Shown here: piece by piece, positions 48,534 through 56,846 of the stretch
How the letters are laid out: each line of letters opens with the position of its first letter
Position numbering within the stretch: position 1 is the stretch's first letter
NCBI GenBank assembly: GCA_037137555.1
Contig: JBAXKA010000002.1
Location: forward strand, 3,133 to 67,132
DNA from: Candidatus Moraniibacteriota bacterium
Lineage (GTDB): Bacteria; Patescibacteriota; Minisyncoccia; Moranbacterales; UBA2206
Reading direction: 5' to 3'
DNA: 64,000 nucleotides
Program-made: the position numbers and the translations under genes
The notes under the pieces: model-generated
Databases searched by the model: none
What the model saw: only the letters and a program-made list of their open reading frames with translations
What the model was told of the DNA's origin: nothing

Positions 48534-50144
48534 ATGCAAAAATTACGCCAATTTAGCGAGGAGATTATGGGGAAAAAAATCGAGCCAATTTTTTGGTTTG
48601 TGAATTTTTTTGGCATTATTGTGTTGCGATTATATTTGGATAAATTTATTGCCAAATCCAGCACGCCTTTGTTTGATTTGATTATGGATGTGCATAATTT
48701 ACTGTTTTTTTTCTTGGCTTTTTCTCTGGTTTGGCTTGTGGCAAGTAAAATACTCAGAAAAACGCCTTTTGATTTAGCTTATTTAATGCTCCTTGCATCG
48801 TTGGCAATTATCTTTCCACCAATTTTTGATTTAATTAAAACGGGCAAAGAAGTTTTTTGGAGTTTTTATTTAATCAGTTCGCCGAGTGATTTACTTTGGC
48901 AATACGGCACTATTTTTGGTCATCTTCCTCCCGGAATTATTTATTTTGGCACAAAAATTACTTTTATTCTGGGAATCTTGGCGATAGCGAGTGTGGTATT
49001 TTTGAAAACTAAAAAAATTTCTAAGACAATTTTGACAGCCATTGGAACATATTCAGCTTTATTTTTGATGGCTGCCTTTCCGTCATTGTTTTATTATGTT
49101 GCACGATTATTTTCAGAAAAAAATGGTTCTGCGCTATATTCATTTGAAATTATCCAATTTTTTGCACAAGCAAGATTTTTTGCTATCGAGTTGGCCGATC
49201 CGATCTATGCCTTGGCGTATAATTTGAATTTGATTTATTTTCCATTAAGTATTGCGGTGTTAAGTTATTTTTTTTGGAAATCAAAACCGAAAATGTTTTG
49301 GGCGGTTGTGTATAATCTGCGTTATCCACAGGTTATCTTTCACAGTGGACTGTTGTTTCTAGGCTTAGGGATTGGTTTTGTGGTCTATCCAGAAAATTTT
49401 AGTTTGAATTTATTTTCTGTGCTGGCGGTTTTGGTTATTTTAATCAGTGTTTTTTTAGCTTGGGAAGCCTCGGTGATTGTGAATGATATTTTCGATTATC
49501 GCGTTGATCTTTTGTCCAATCCGGAAAGGCCATTGCAGAAAGAAATTTTTACTTTTAATCAATATGCTCAATTGGGAGCGTTATTGTTTTTTTTGTCAAT
49601 CATTGGCGGGCTTTTAGTGCAATATAAATTTGGAATTTTACTTTTTGTGTATCAAATTCTCGCTTGGTTTTATTCAGCCGAGCCATTTCGCCTAAAAAGA
49701 TTTACGCCACTCGCCTCTTTGCTCAGCGCCTTGACCTTGCTCACCGTCTTTTTCTCGGGTTTTATTTTTTTCTCGCCTGGTCAAACTATTGAGCGACTTT
49801 CTTGGCGAATTATTTTTCTATTGTTGATTGCTTATACGATTTCTCTGCCAATTAAAGATTTTAAAGATATTGAAGGTGATAAAAATGATGGTGTCAGAAC
49901 GATTCCAGTTATTTTTGGCGAGGAAAAAGGTCGCCTAATTATTGCCGTGGGTTTTTTTGTTTCGTTTATGTTAAGTGTTTTTTTTCTGAACGAATTTCGA
50001 CTTTTTTGGTGGGCGATTTTGTTTGGTAGTAGCTCTTTTTTAATTATGCTTAATAAGAAAATCCACCCGAGAAAAGTTTTTTGGTGGATTTTGCCCGTTG
50101 TTGCAATTTATGGTTTTCTAGCAGTAAAAATTATTTTTTTCTAG
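48534..50144 (+). CDS. UbiA-family prenyltransferase with large N-terminal polytopic extension
   Basis: C-terminal half carries 'NDIFDYRVD' (NDxxDxxxD) and 'KDFKDIEGDKNDG' (second Asp-rich motif). About 15 TM helices overall. Confidence 0.65.
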   Translation: MQKLRQFSEEIMGKKIEPIFWFVNFFGIIVLRLYLDKFIAKSSTPLFDLIMDVHNLLFFFLAFSLVWLVASKILRKTPFDLAYLMLLASLAIIFPPIFDLIKTGKEVFWSFYLISSPSDLLWQYGTIFGHLPPGIIYFGTKITFILGILAIASVVFLKTKKISKTILTAIGTYSALFLMAAFPSLFYYVARLFSEKNGSALYSFEIIQFFAQARFFAIELADPIYALAYNLNLIYFPLSIAVLSYFFWKSKPKMFWAVVYNLRYPQVIFHSGLLFLGLGIGFVVYPENFSLNLFSVLAVLVILISVFLAWEASVIVNDIFDYRVDLLSNPERPLQKEIFTFNQYAQLGALLFFLSIIGGLLVQYKFGILLFVYQILAWFYSAEPFRLKRFTPLASLLSALTLLTVFFSGFIFFSPGQTIERLSWRIIFLLLIAYTISLPIKDFKDIEGDKNDGVRTIPVIFGEEKGRLIIAVGFFVSFMLSVFFLNEFRLFWWAILFGSSSFLIMLNKKIHPRKVFWWILPVVAIYGFLAVKIIFF

Positions 50145-50156
50145 CAGTAAGAATTA

Positions 50157-50975
50157 TTATAATAATTCTGCTATTTTTTTCCAGTCTTCAAGTGTTAATT
50201 CTTGGGCTCTTTGTTTGGCGGAGATATTTATTTGCTTTAATTTTTGTTCAACAATAGTTTTTTCTAGTTTTAAGCTATTAGAAAGATTATTGATAAGCGT
50301 TTTTCTTTTAGCAGAAAATCCGGCCTTAATAAGTTTGAAAAATTTTTTCGTAACTTCTTGTTCTTCGCGGTTTGTATTTAATGTTATGTGAATAATGGCG
50401 CTGTCCACAGCAGGAACAGGTGCAAAAGCGGTGCGAGGAACTAAAAAAAGTAATTCAGCGGTTGCATAATATTGCACGGAAAGTGCAAGGATGCTTAATT
50501 TTCCCGCCTTAGCACAAATTCGCTCAGCCACTTCTTTTTGCACCATCAAAAACATTTCTGTGGGTGGATATTTTGTTTCCAAAAACAAACGAATGATTGG
50601 CGAAGTAATATAATAAGGAATATTGGCAATGACTTTGTATGGGTGGTTAATTTTATTATCTGTAGAGACGAGGCAATGCCTCGTCTCTACCGTTTCTGCA
50701 CTAATCAATTCCGGTAAATTAATTTTTAAAATATCAGCGTTAATGATTTTTATCTTGTTATTCCCGCGTAGACGGGAAGCTAATTTCACTGCTAACTCTT
50801 GATCAATTTCAATTGCAATAACTTTTTTAGCGTGTTTTATTAGTTGTTCTGTTAACACTCCTTCGCCGGGACCAACTTCGATCACAAAATCAGTCGAGCT
50901 TAAATTGGTAGCTTGAATAAGCTTATCTAAAATAAGCGGATCTTTCAAAAAATTTTGACCTAATTTCGTGGGCAT
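50157..50975 (-). CDS. ksgA: 16S rRNA (adenine1518/1519-N6)-dimethyltransferase RsmA/KsgA
   Basis: 'LGQNFLKD', 'VIEVGPGEGVLTEQL', 'VIANIPYYITSPII'. It contains an extra 'VETRHCLVST' loop encoded by a palindrome. Confidence 0.92.
   Translation of the reverse strand: MPTKLGQNFLKDPLILDKLIQATNLSSTDFVIEVGPGEGVLTEQLIKHAKKVIAIEIDQELAVKLASRLRGNNKIKIINADILKINLPELISAETVETRHCLVSTDNKINHPYKVIANIPYYITSPIIRLFLETKYPPTEMFLMVQKEVAERICAKAGKLSILALSVQYYATAELLFLVPRTAFAPVPAVDSAIIHITLNTNREEQEVTKKFFKLIKAGFSAKRKTLINNLSNSLKLEKTIVEQKLKQINISAKQRAQELTLEDWKKIAELL
50662..50690. repeat. 29-nt hairpin palindrome GTAGAGACGAGGC-AAT-GCCTCGTCTCTAC embedded in-frame in ksgA
   Basis: 13-bp perfect stem with a 3-nt loop. It shares the 8-bp outer arms and the central CAATG with the palindrome at 12429..12456. 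Confidence 0.8.
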
Positions 50976-50994
50976 AGATTTGATTTTATGTATT

Positions 50995-51942
50995 TTAATT
51001 TAGCACTTCTTCAACTTTAACGCCAATTACTCCCGCACCAAGTGAAGCAATTTTAGCAAAAGCAATTTTGTCGAGATCGATAATGCGACCTTTGCCTTGT
51101 GGACCATAATCATTAATTTGAACTATAACTGATTTTCCATTAGCAGTATTTGTTACTCTGGCATAATTTCCTCGGGCGATTGTAGTACTGGCAGCAAATA
51201 AGCCACCCTTGAAAGCATACCAAGTGCCTTGACCTTTTTTGGCAGTGCCAGTCTTGACATAAGTTCCTTGCATAATAATTTCAGTCGAAGGTTCTTTGGT
51301 AACTTTTTTTTCCAACACAACACGAGAAATTTCTTTTCCATCTTTATATGTAATCTTATATTTTATTTCGCGAATGCCTTTTTCTCCTGCCACTTCCGTT
51401 TTTTTCTCACGCCAGCCGAGCTTGTTGTCAGTTTTTGTGATAGTTTTAAATTCAATTTCTGCTGGAATGCTTTTTTCTTCCACATTAATACGAGTAACTG
51501 TGATTTCCAGATTATTTTCCACGAGACCATTTAAGCTTGGAGTGATCTTGTCTAATCGGCCAAGTGTGACTGAATTTTCTTGCAGAACTGTGGATAACTT
51601 GTTGGCTAATGTGTAATTTTCAATCTTTTTTCCATCCACCAGTATTTTTATTTTGACAGCTCGGCGAATTTTAATATTTATCCCTGAAAAAAGCAAACTT
51701 GATTTGTCCGGAATGATTTCATCTTGCTGGGAAAGATTGATTTTTTGCTCTTTCAATAAGTTGTCCACAGTTTTTGCAGTAGTTTCTAGCTTTAATTCAA
51801 GATTATTATCCAGCAGTGCAATTGTTTTTGCTTGATTTTCAAAAGAAAGTTCTCTTTTTGGGGAATTAAAAAAAACTTTACTTAAAATTAAAAATAGCAA
51901 GACTAAAAAAAGAAACTTTAAAAAAAATTTAATAAAACGCAT
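50995..51942 (-). CDS. YabE/RpfB-like protein (DUF348/G5 + C-terminal 3D/RlpA-like double-psi beta-barrel domain)
   Basis: N-terminal TM. C-terminal 'INDYGPQGKGRIIDLDKIAFAKIA' matches the 3D-domain Asp pattern. Adjacent to ksgA as in Firmicutes. Confidence 0.65.
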   Translation of the reverse strand: MRFIKFFLKFLFLVLLFLILSKVFFNSPKRELSFENQAKTIALLDNNLELKLETTAKTVDNLLKEQKINLSQQDEIIPDKSSLLFSGINIKIRRAVKIKILVDGKKIENYTLANKLSTVLQENSVTLGRLDKITPSLNGLVENNLEITVTRINVEEKSIPAEIEFKTITKTDNKLGWREKKTEVAGEKGIREIKYKITYKDGKEISRVVLEKKVTKEPSTEIIMQGTYVKTGTAKKGQGTWYAFKGGLFAASTTIARGNYARVTNTANGKSVIVQINDYGPQGKGRIIDLDKIAFAKIASLGAGVIGVKVEEVLN

Positions 51943-51965
51943 AGAGCTTTTTATTTTCTAGAAAA

Positions 51966-53492
51966 TTATTCACTTTTAAAACGATATTGAATCGCTTCGG
52001 CGATATGAATGGGCAATATATTTTCGGCTTCTTCAAGATCAGCGATAGTTCTGGCAACTTTAATGATGCGGAAATAGGCTCGGGCGCTGAGAAAAAAACG
52101 AGAAAGTGCCGTCTTCATTAATTCTGTTCCAGCAGAATCTAGTTGACAATATTTTTTGATTTGCTCGCTCTCCATTTCCGAGTTAGCAATTATTTTTGAT
52201 TCCGAAAAGCGTGCCTTTTGAATTTTACGGGCTTTTTCCACTCGCAATCTAATACTATCAGAACTTTCTTGCTGGCTGTCTTCGGAAAGTTTTTCAAATT
52301 TCAAACGAGGAACTTCAATGTGCAAATCGATGCGATCAAGAATTGGTCCAGAAATTTTAGCTTGATAGCGAATAATATTTGCGGGACTACAGGAACAAGT
52401 TTTTTCCGGATCGGTGGCATTACCGCAAGGACAAGGATTCATCGCTGCGACTAATGTGAAGCGGGCGGGAAATTCTAGTGTGCCTTGAGCACGAGAAATA
52501 GTGATGATGCCATTTTCCAATGGTTGTCGCAAATTTTCAAGAACAGCACGAGAAAATTCGGAAAACTCATCTAGAAATAAGATGCCCCGATGCGCCAAAC
52601 TGATTTCGCCTGGTCGGGGAAATGTTCCGCCACCAACCAAGGAAGCAGCACTAGCACTGTGATGAGGAGAACGGAACTGTCTTTTTGTAATTAAACTATT
52701 TTCTTTGGGCAAATAACCGGCGACAGAAAAAATCTTTGTTACATCAAGGGCTTCTTGCACTGTAAGTCTGGGCAAAATGGAAGTCATTGTTTTGGCGAGG
52801 AGTGTTTTGCCTGATCCAGGTGGACCATTCAGCAAAATATTATGTGCTCCAGCAGAAGCAATTTCGAGTGCTCGCTTGGCATGCTCTTGTCCTTTGATAT
52901 TTTTCATATCAAAAAGATGATCGTCTTCTTGAAAAAGTTTTTCTAAATCAGTTTTAGGAAAAGAAGTAACTAAAGCTATATTTTCCAGATGATTTAATAA
53001 TTCTTTGAGTGTGGAAACAGCGATGATATCAATGTCTTCGATGATGGAAGCTTCTTTGGCATTTTCTAGCGGAACAAAAAGCGTTTTAATATTTTTTTCT
53101 TTAGCAAGTAATGCAACAAGCAAAACGCCTTTGACTGGTCGAATTCTGCCGTCCAGTGAAAGTTCTCCAATGAAAAGTTTATCTGTGTGATCAAAAATAG
53201 TTTGCTTAGTAGCTAATAAAAATCCCAGTGCGATTGGCAGGTCATAAAGTGGTCCAACTTTTGGCAAATCGGCTGGTGCGAGGTTGACGGTGATTCTACC
53301 ACAGCGATGCGGAGCAATGAGACCACTATTTTTTATGGCCGAGCTAACACGATCTTGTGATTCCTTGATGGCAGTGTCAGGCAATCCGACAATATTAAAA
53401 TGATGCATTCCGGCGGAAAGCGTATCGACTTCTACTTCAACAATAGCACTTTTTAATCCGATAACGGCGGCAGAAAAAACTTTTGATGACAT
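51966..53492 (-). CDS. comM: YifB/ComM family Mg-chelatase-like AAA+ ATPase
   Basis: N-terminal Lon-like 'GLPDTAIKESQDRV', Walker A 'LLNGPPGSGKT', C-terminal 'Mg chelatase' region. Confidence 0.9.
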   Translation of the reverse strand: MSSKVFSAAVIGLKSAIVEVEVDTLSAGMHHFNIVGLPDTAIKESQDRVSSAIKNSGLIAPHRCGRITVNLAPADLPKVGPLYDLPIALGFLLATKQTIFDHTDKLFIGELSLDGRIRPVKGVLLVALLAKEKNIKTLFVPLENAKEASIIEDIDIIAVSTLKELLNHLENIALVTSFPKTDLEKLFQEDDHLFDMKNIKGQEHAKRALEIASAGAHNILLNGPPGSGKTLLAKTMTSILPRLTVQEALDVTKIFSVAGYLPKENSLITKRQFRSPHHSASAASLVGGGTFPRPGEISLAHRGILFLDEFSEFSRAVLENLRQPLENGIITISRAQGTLEFPARFTLVAAMNPCPCGNATDPEKTCSCSPANIIRYQAKISGPILDRIDLHIEVPRLKFEKLSEDSQQESSDSIRLRVEKARKIQKARFSESKIIANSEMESEQIKKYCQLDSAGTELMKTALSRFFLSARAYFRIIKVARTIADLEEAENILPIHIAEAIQYRFKSE

Positions 53493-53511
53493 AGTTTTAT
53501 TTTATTAAAAT

Positions 53512-53925
53512 TTATTTTGACAAATGTTTGTATTTTATAATCAGAAAAAATGCACCAAGGCAAATAGAAATATCTGCTAGATTAAAAACTGGCCAGATCT
53601 TGAGATTAATAAAATCAATAACACAACCAAAGTATAGCCTATCCAGTAAATTAGAAAAAGCGCCGGCTAAAATAAGGATAATGGCATATTTTTGAAAAAT
53701 ATTTTTTATTGCAATTAGTTTAAATAATAATAAAAAAATAATACTAGCCCAGAGAAAATAAAAAAATAACAATGGCACTGTTAATCCAAAAGCCATTCCT
53801 TTATTACAAATATAAAATCCGCCAGAAGAGCGGATAAAATATTTAGTTACTTGATCAGCAATGATTATAAAAAAAGCAGTAAAAAGCAAAACAAGATTTC
53901 TTCTGATTTTTTGGATAAACAGCAT
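53512..53925 (-). CDS. lspA: lipoprotein signal peptidase II
   Basis: 'NKGMAFGL' and 'FNLADISI' LspA signatures. The ORF is open to 54024, but the start at 53925 avoids overlap with the upstream gene. Confidence 0.85.
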   Translation of the reverse strand: MLFIQKIRRNLVLLFTAFFIIIADQVTKYFIRSSGGFYICNKGMAFGLTVPLLFFYFLWASIIFLLLFKLIAIKNIFQKYAIILILAGAFSNLLDRLYFGCVIDFINLKIWPVFNLADISICLGAFFLIIKYKHLSK

Positions 53926-53938
53926 TTGGTTTTTATTT

Positions 53939-54286
53939 TTAGCATTTAATGCAAGTTTTAGCGCTGGGATTGACACGCAATCTTTCAATGTCAATTTCTT
54001 TTTGGCAGTTTTCGCAAAAACCATAAGTGCCTTGGGCTATTTTATCCAAAGCAAGAATGACTGCTTGTAATTTTTTTTCTAGCGTTAGTTCTATTGGCAA
54101 ATTTTCAGTGTATTGATCGACTTCTGTCGTGTTGTCTTCACGATCAGTGCCAATATTTTCAAAAACTGTTTCATAGTCGCCCTTTTCTTTATCGATTGGT
54201 CGTGCAATACGAGTTAGGTTTTCTTCAAGATCGTTTTTTTCTTTTGCTAAGAGAGCTTCGAGTTCGACGAGAATTTTTTTGTCCAT
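53939..54286 (-). CDS. DksA/TraR-family C4 zinc-finger protein
   Basis: C-terminal 'CENCQKEIDIERLRVNPSAKTCIKC' four-Cys finger with an N-terminal coiled-coil. Confidence 0.75.
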   Translation of the reverse strand: MDKKILVELEALLAKEKNDLEENLTRIARPIDKEKGDYETVFENIGTDREDNTTEVDQYTENLPIELTLEKKLQAVILALDKIAQGTYGFCENCQKEIDIERLRVNPSAKTCIKC

Positions 54287-54360
54287 AGTTGTTATTTTAA
54301 TTGATTATTCTCTTATGCTTTAAGTTTAGCAAAAAAGCAGATTGTTGTCTATGTTTAAAA

Positions 54361-54747
54361 TTAAAGTGCTTCAATATGTTTAATCTTAGCTCGTCTCGTT
54401 TCAAGATTAATCCAAAGTGCGATGATATCAAAGCGATAAGCTTGATCAGTGAGATCGTTTTGTTTTAAATAGAAATAGGCGATCTTATTTAATTTTTGCA
54501 ACTTGCGGTAGTCAACATTTTCTTCAGGATTTGTGTCTTTAAATTTTTGCATCGTTCTGGCTTTGACTTCCACGAAAACTAATTCAGATTTTTTCAAATC
54601 GCGAGCGATGATATCAATTTCTCCCAGTCGTTGACCGCTTGTGTTGGCATAATTAAGGGCAATTATTTTGTAGCCTTTTTGTTTGAGGTAATTAGCGGAA
54701 ATAGTTTCGCCTAAATTGCCCAATGTTTTTTTTGTGGTTAGTGTCAT
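54361..54747 (-). CDS. yraN: YraN/UPF0102 family endonuclease
   Basis: 'LGETISANYLKQKGYKIIALNY...GEIDIIA....LVFVEVKAR' pattern. The ORF extends to 54867, but only by reading through an upstream terminator, so the start is placed at the internal ATG (54747). Confidence 0.75.
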   Translation of the reverse strand: MTLTTKKTLGNLGETISANYLKQKGYKIIALNYANTSGQRLGEIDIIARDLKKSELVFVEVKARTMQKFKDTNPEENVDYRKLQKLNKIAYFYLKQNDLTDQAYRFDIIALWINLETRRAKIKHIEAL

Positions 54748-54772
54748 TTGCGAAGTATAGCAAACTTTTTTT

Positions 54773-54805
54773 AAAAAACAAAAAAACACCCTTTCTTTGG
54801 TGTTT
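54773..54805 (-). terminator. intrinsic terminator (minus strand)
   Basis: Minus-strand transcript: stem AAACACC / GGTGTTT, an 8-nt loop, then a U-run of at least 7, ending 26 nt before the yraN start. Confidence 0.6.
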
Positions 54806-55285
54806 ATGTATACTAATTCTCTCCCTGATTCCTTTGAGGTATGGAAACCAGGGCGTTCGACGCCCAATAAAAAAATAAATTTGGCTGAACGCCCCAGTGT
54901 TTGTCATATACTAACAGGTTATGCGGAAACGATTTAGTCGGGTGAGAGACATCGTCGTTATAACAAGCCTGTATTTTATGCGTATGACTCAAGTTTATCT
55001 CCAGTCTGATTGTTGAAGATGTTGTTTTACCATTCTCTGGTGAATTTTCACCTTTGAATGTGAAGGTACAATGCTAGACGATGCTAGCGTTTTTTATTTT
55101 TTGTTTTTATATTTTTACAAAAAATTTTGTTTTTATTTTGGGGTCTCTGATATCAGAAATCAGAGCGGCTATCGCTCGTTGGCGATAACACTTGAACAGT
55201 AAAACAATTTTCAATCACAGATGAATGACTAACTGTGATTGAAAATTGTTTTACCGTTCTGATTTGCAAGTTTTTAATGTTCAAT
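54773..55285 (-). ncRNA. candidate ~500-nt non-coding RNA of unknown class
   Basis: Consensus sigma70 promoter TTGACT-17nt-TATAAT upstream. Contains a 21-bp perfect hairpin (55200..55253) and a stable GGGCG-UCGAA-CGCCC hairpin, ends at an intrinsic terminator, and has no ORF longer than 13 aa that does not read through the terminator. RNase P (GGAAAGUCCGGG) and tmRNA (5' GGGG / 3' CCA) signatures are absent. Confidence 0.35.
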
Positions 55286-55291
55286 ATATTT

Positions 55292-55320
55292 ATTATAGCA
55301 GTAAAAAAGTTTCGAGTCAA
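55292..55320 (-). promoter_or_regulatory. near-consensus sigma70 promoter (TTGACT -35, 17-nt spacer, TATAAT -10)
   Basis: Plus-strand agtcaa at 55315..55320 and attata at 55292..55297, reverse-complemented. Confidence 0.55.
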
Positions 55321-55454
55321 CAAGAATATTTTTTTGGCTTGAATAGCGATTTATTTGATAGCTTTTTTTGTAATTTTTTTTAGCTATTTTCTATTTTTTT
55401 TATAACTTTTTTAAAGTAATTCTCTTTTTTTTCTTTCTGACAAGCCGTTATTAT

Positions 55455-56762
55455 TTATTCGAGTGGATTATTAGCAGGATCCATGGTTATGATTGGCGCT
55501 GTTTCTGTTTGTGTGTTTTTTGTTGTCATATTTAGTCGATCAATCATTGACCACATAGTTAATTTTGTTGTCCCGATGATTAACTTGTTTTGATAGATAG
55601 CATAATCAACCGAGAGCATGTCAGGAGAGATTATATTTTGAAAGCGAATTTTTGCATCGCCGTATTTATTATCGGAAAATAGCATGTCGGCTTTGTAGGT
55701 AGAAGTGAAAAAAAGTGATTCGATTTGCTTGGCTAATGTTTTTTCTTCTCGCAGAAGAGTTTTATTAGTAGTTAAGTTATTTTTCAATTCAATTGCTAAG
55801 CCAGTTTTTGGACCAGTGGAGTCATTATAAATATAAAAGCTAAAATTATCTCCCAATGAATTTGCGATTCCAGTGGAAAAGTTTAATTTAAATAGCCCTG
55901 AAAAAGCCTTGAAAGTAAGCGGTTTGTTTTGAATATCAGTTATAATAAATTCGACTGGTTTTGTGTAGCCTTCTTTGGTAACTTTTTCCATAGCAACTTT
56001 TATGTCAGTGGCAATTAAATTTCCATCTTCTATGCGAAGATAGTTGGGAGTGGTTTCGGAATAAGTTAAAATTGGCTTTGGTGCTGGCTCGATGATAACG
56101 GGTATTTCTACTGGTGGTGTTGGTTCGGCTATTACGATAGGTTCTTGAATAGCAATGGGTCTATTTTTTATAAAATAAAAACCAGTGGCTGATATAGCGA
56201 GCAATAAAACAAAAGAAAGGCTGGAAAATAAAATAAATTGTCTGTTGGATTTTGTTGGGAGAATATTTTTTGGTAAAGGTTGTTCGACATTTTTTGGCAG
56301 AGGTGGGTTGACATTTTTTGGTAATGGCGGAGCTATATTTCTAGCAGGAATGATTATCGGCATAACTTTTTCTGGTTTTTCTACAGTTTTTGTTTCAATT
56401 TTAGCAGAAATAAGATTGCTTTTTTCTTTTTGAGGTACTATATTTGCGTTGAAAGTATTCAATGGCCTTGGAGCTTCTGGTTTTTTTATTTCTTTTTCTT
56501 CAAGTAGTGTTCTTTTATGCCAAGAATCCTCATCACTAATCATAACGGGATTTATTTTCTGCTGTTGGTTTAAATCTGATTGGGTATTTTTTTGTTTTTC
56601 TATGCTTTGTTGAGCATTGGGATTTTTTAATTTTTCTAAGTCATCTTGCATCGTATGAATGGGAGTGTCTTCTAATACGAAATTTTTTGGTTGAACTTGA
56701 CCAGGAATATTATTTTTGTTTTCTTCTTGTTTTTGAATAGGTTTTTTTGTGAGACCAAACAT
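55455..56762 (-). CDS. hypothetical membrane-anchored protein with tandem proline-rich 'PPLPKN' repeats
   Basis: 'NIAPPLPKNVNPPLPKNVEQPLPKNILP' followed by a TM helix and a 230-aa C-terminal domain. Confidence 0.5.
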   Translation of the reverse strand: MFGLTKKPIQKQEENKNNIPGQVQPKNFVLEDTPIHTMQDDLEKLKNPNAQQSIEKQKNTQSDLNQQQKINPVMISDEDSWHKRTLLEEKEIKKPEAPRPLNTFNANIVPQKEKSNLISAKIETKTVEKPEKVMPIIIPARNIAPPLPKNVNPPLPKNVEQPLPKNILPTKSNRQFILFSSLSFVLLLAISATGFYFIKNRPIAIQEPIVIAEPTPPVEIPVIIEPAPKPILTYSETTPNYLRIEDGNLIATDIKVAMEKVTKEGYTKPVEFIITDIQNKPLTFKAFSGLFKLNFSTGIANSLGDNFSFYIYNDSTGPKTGLAIELKNNLTTNKTLLREEKTLAKQIESLFFTSTYKADMLFSDNKYGDAKIRFQNIISPDMLSVDYAIYQNKLIIGTTKLTMWSMIDRLNMTTKNTQTETAPIITMDPANNPLE

Positions 56763-56846
56763 GTTTTTATTTTTATTTAATTAAAAAAATAGAAGTGGAA
56801 AATATCCACTTCTATTATATAGTATAATTTGAAATTTGACTAATTT

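Noticed and set aside
54848-54862. GGGCGTTCGACGCCC hairpin considered as a tRNA/tmRNA T-arm
   Set aside because: With a 5-bp stem the loop is 5 nt, not the 7 nt of a T-loop. There is no adjacent acceptor stem or CCA, and no D- or anticodon-arm context. It was treated as a stable hairpin within the candidate ncRNA.
54692-54907. 71-aa minus-strand ORF, and the 40-aa N-terminal extension of the yraN ORF to 54867
   Set aside because: Both read straight through a canonical intrinsic terminator hairpin plus U-run and through low-complexity sequence. The yraN family is about 120 aa, and the internal ATG at 54747 gives a standard YraN N-terminus.
54773-55285. Assignment of the candidate ncRNA to RNase P RNA or tmRNA
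   Set aside because: The universally conserved P4 sequence (GGAAAGUCCGGG / ACAGAAACCCGGCUUA) and the tmRNA 5'-GGGG / 3'-CCA tRNA-like ends are not recognisable. The class was left open.
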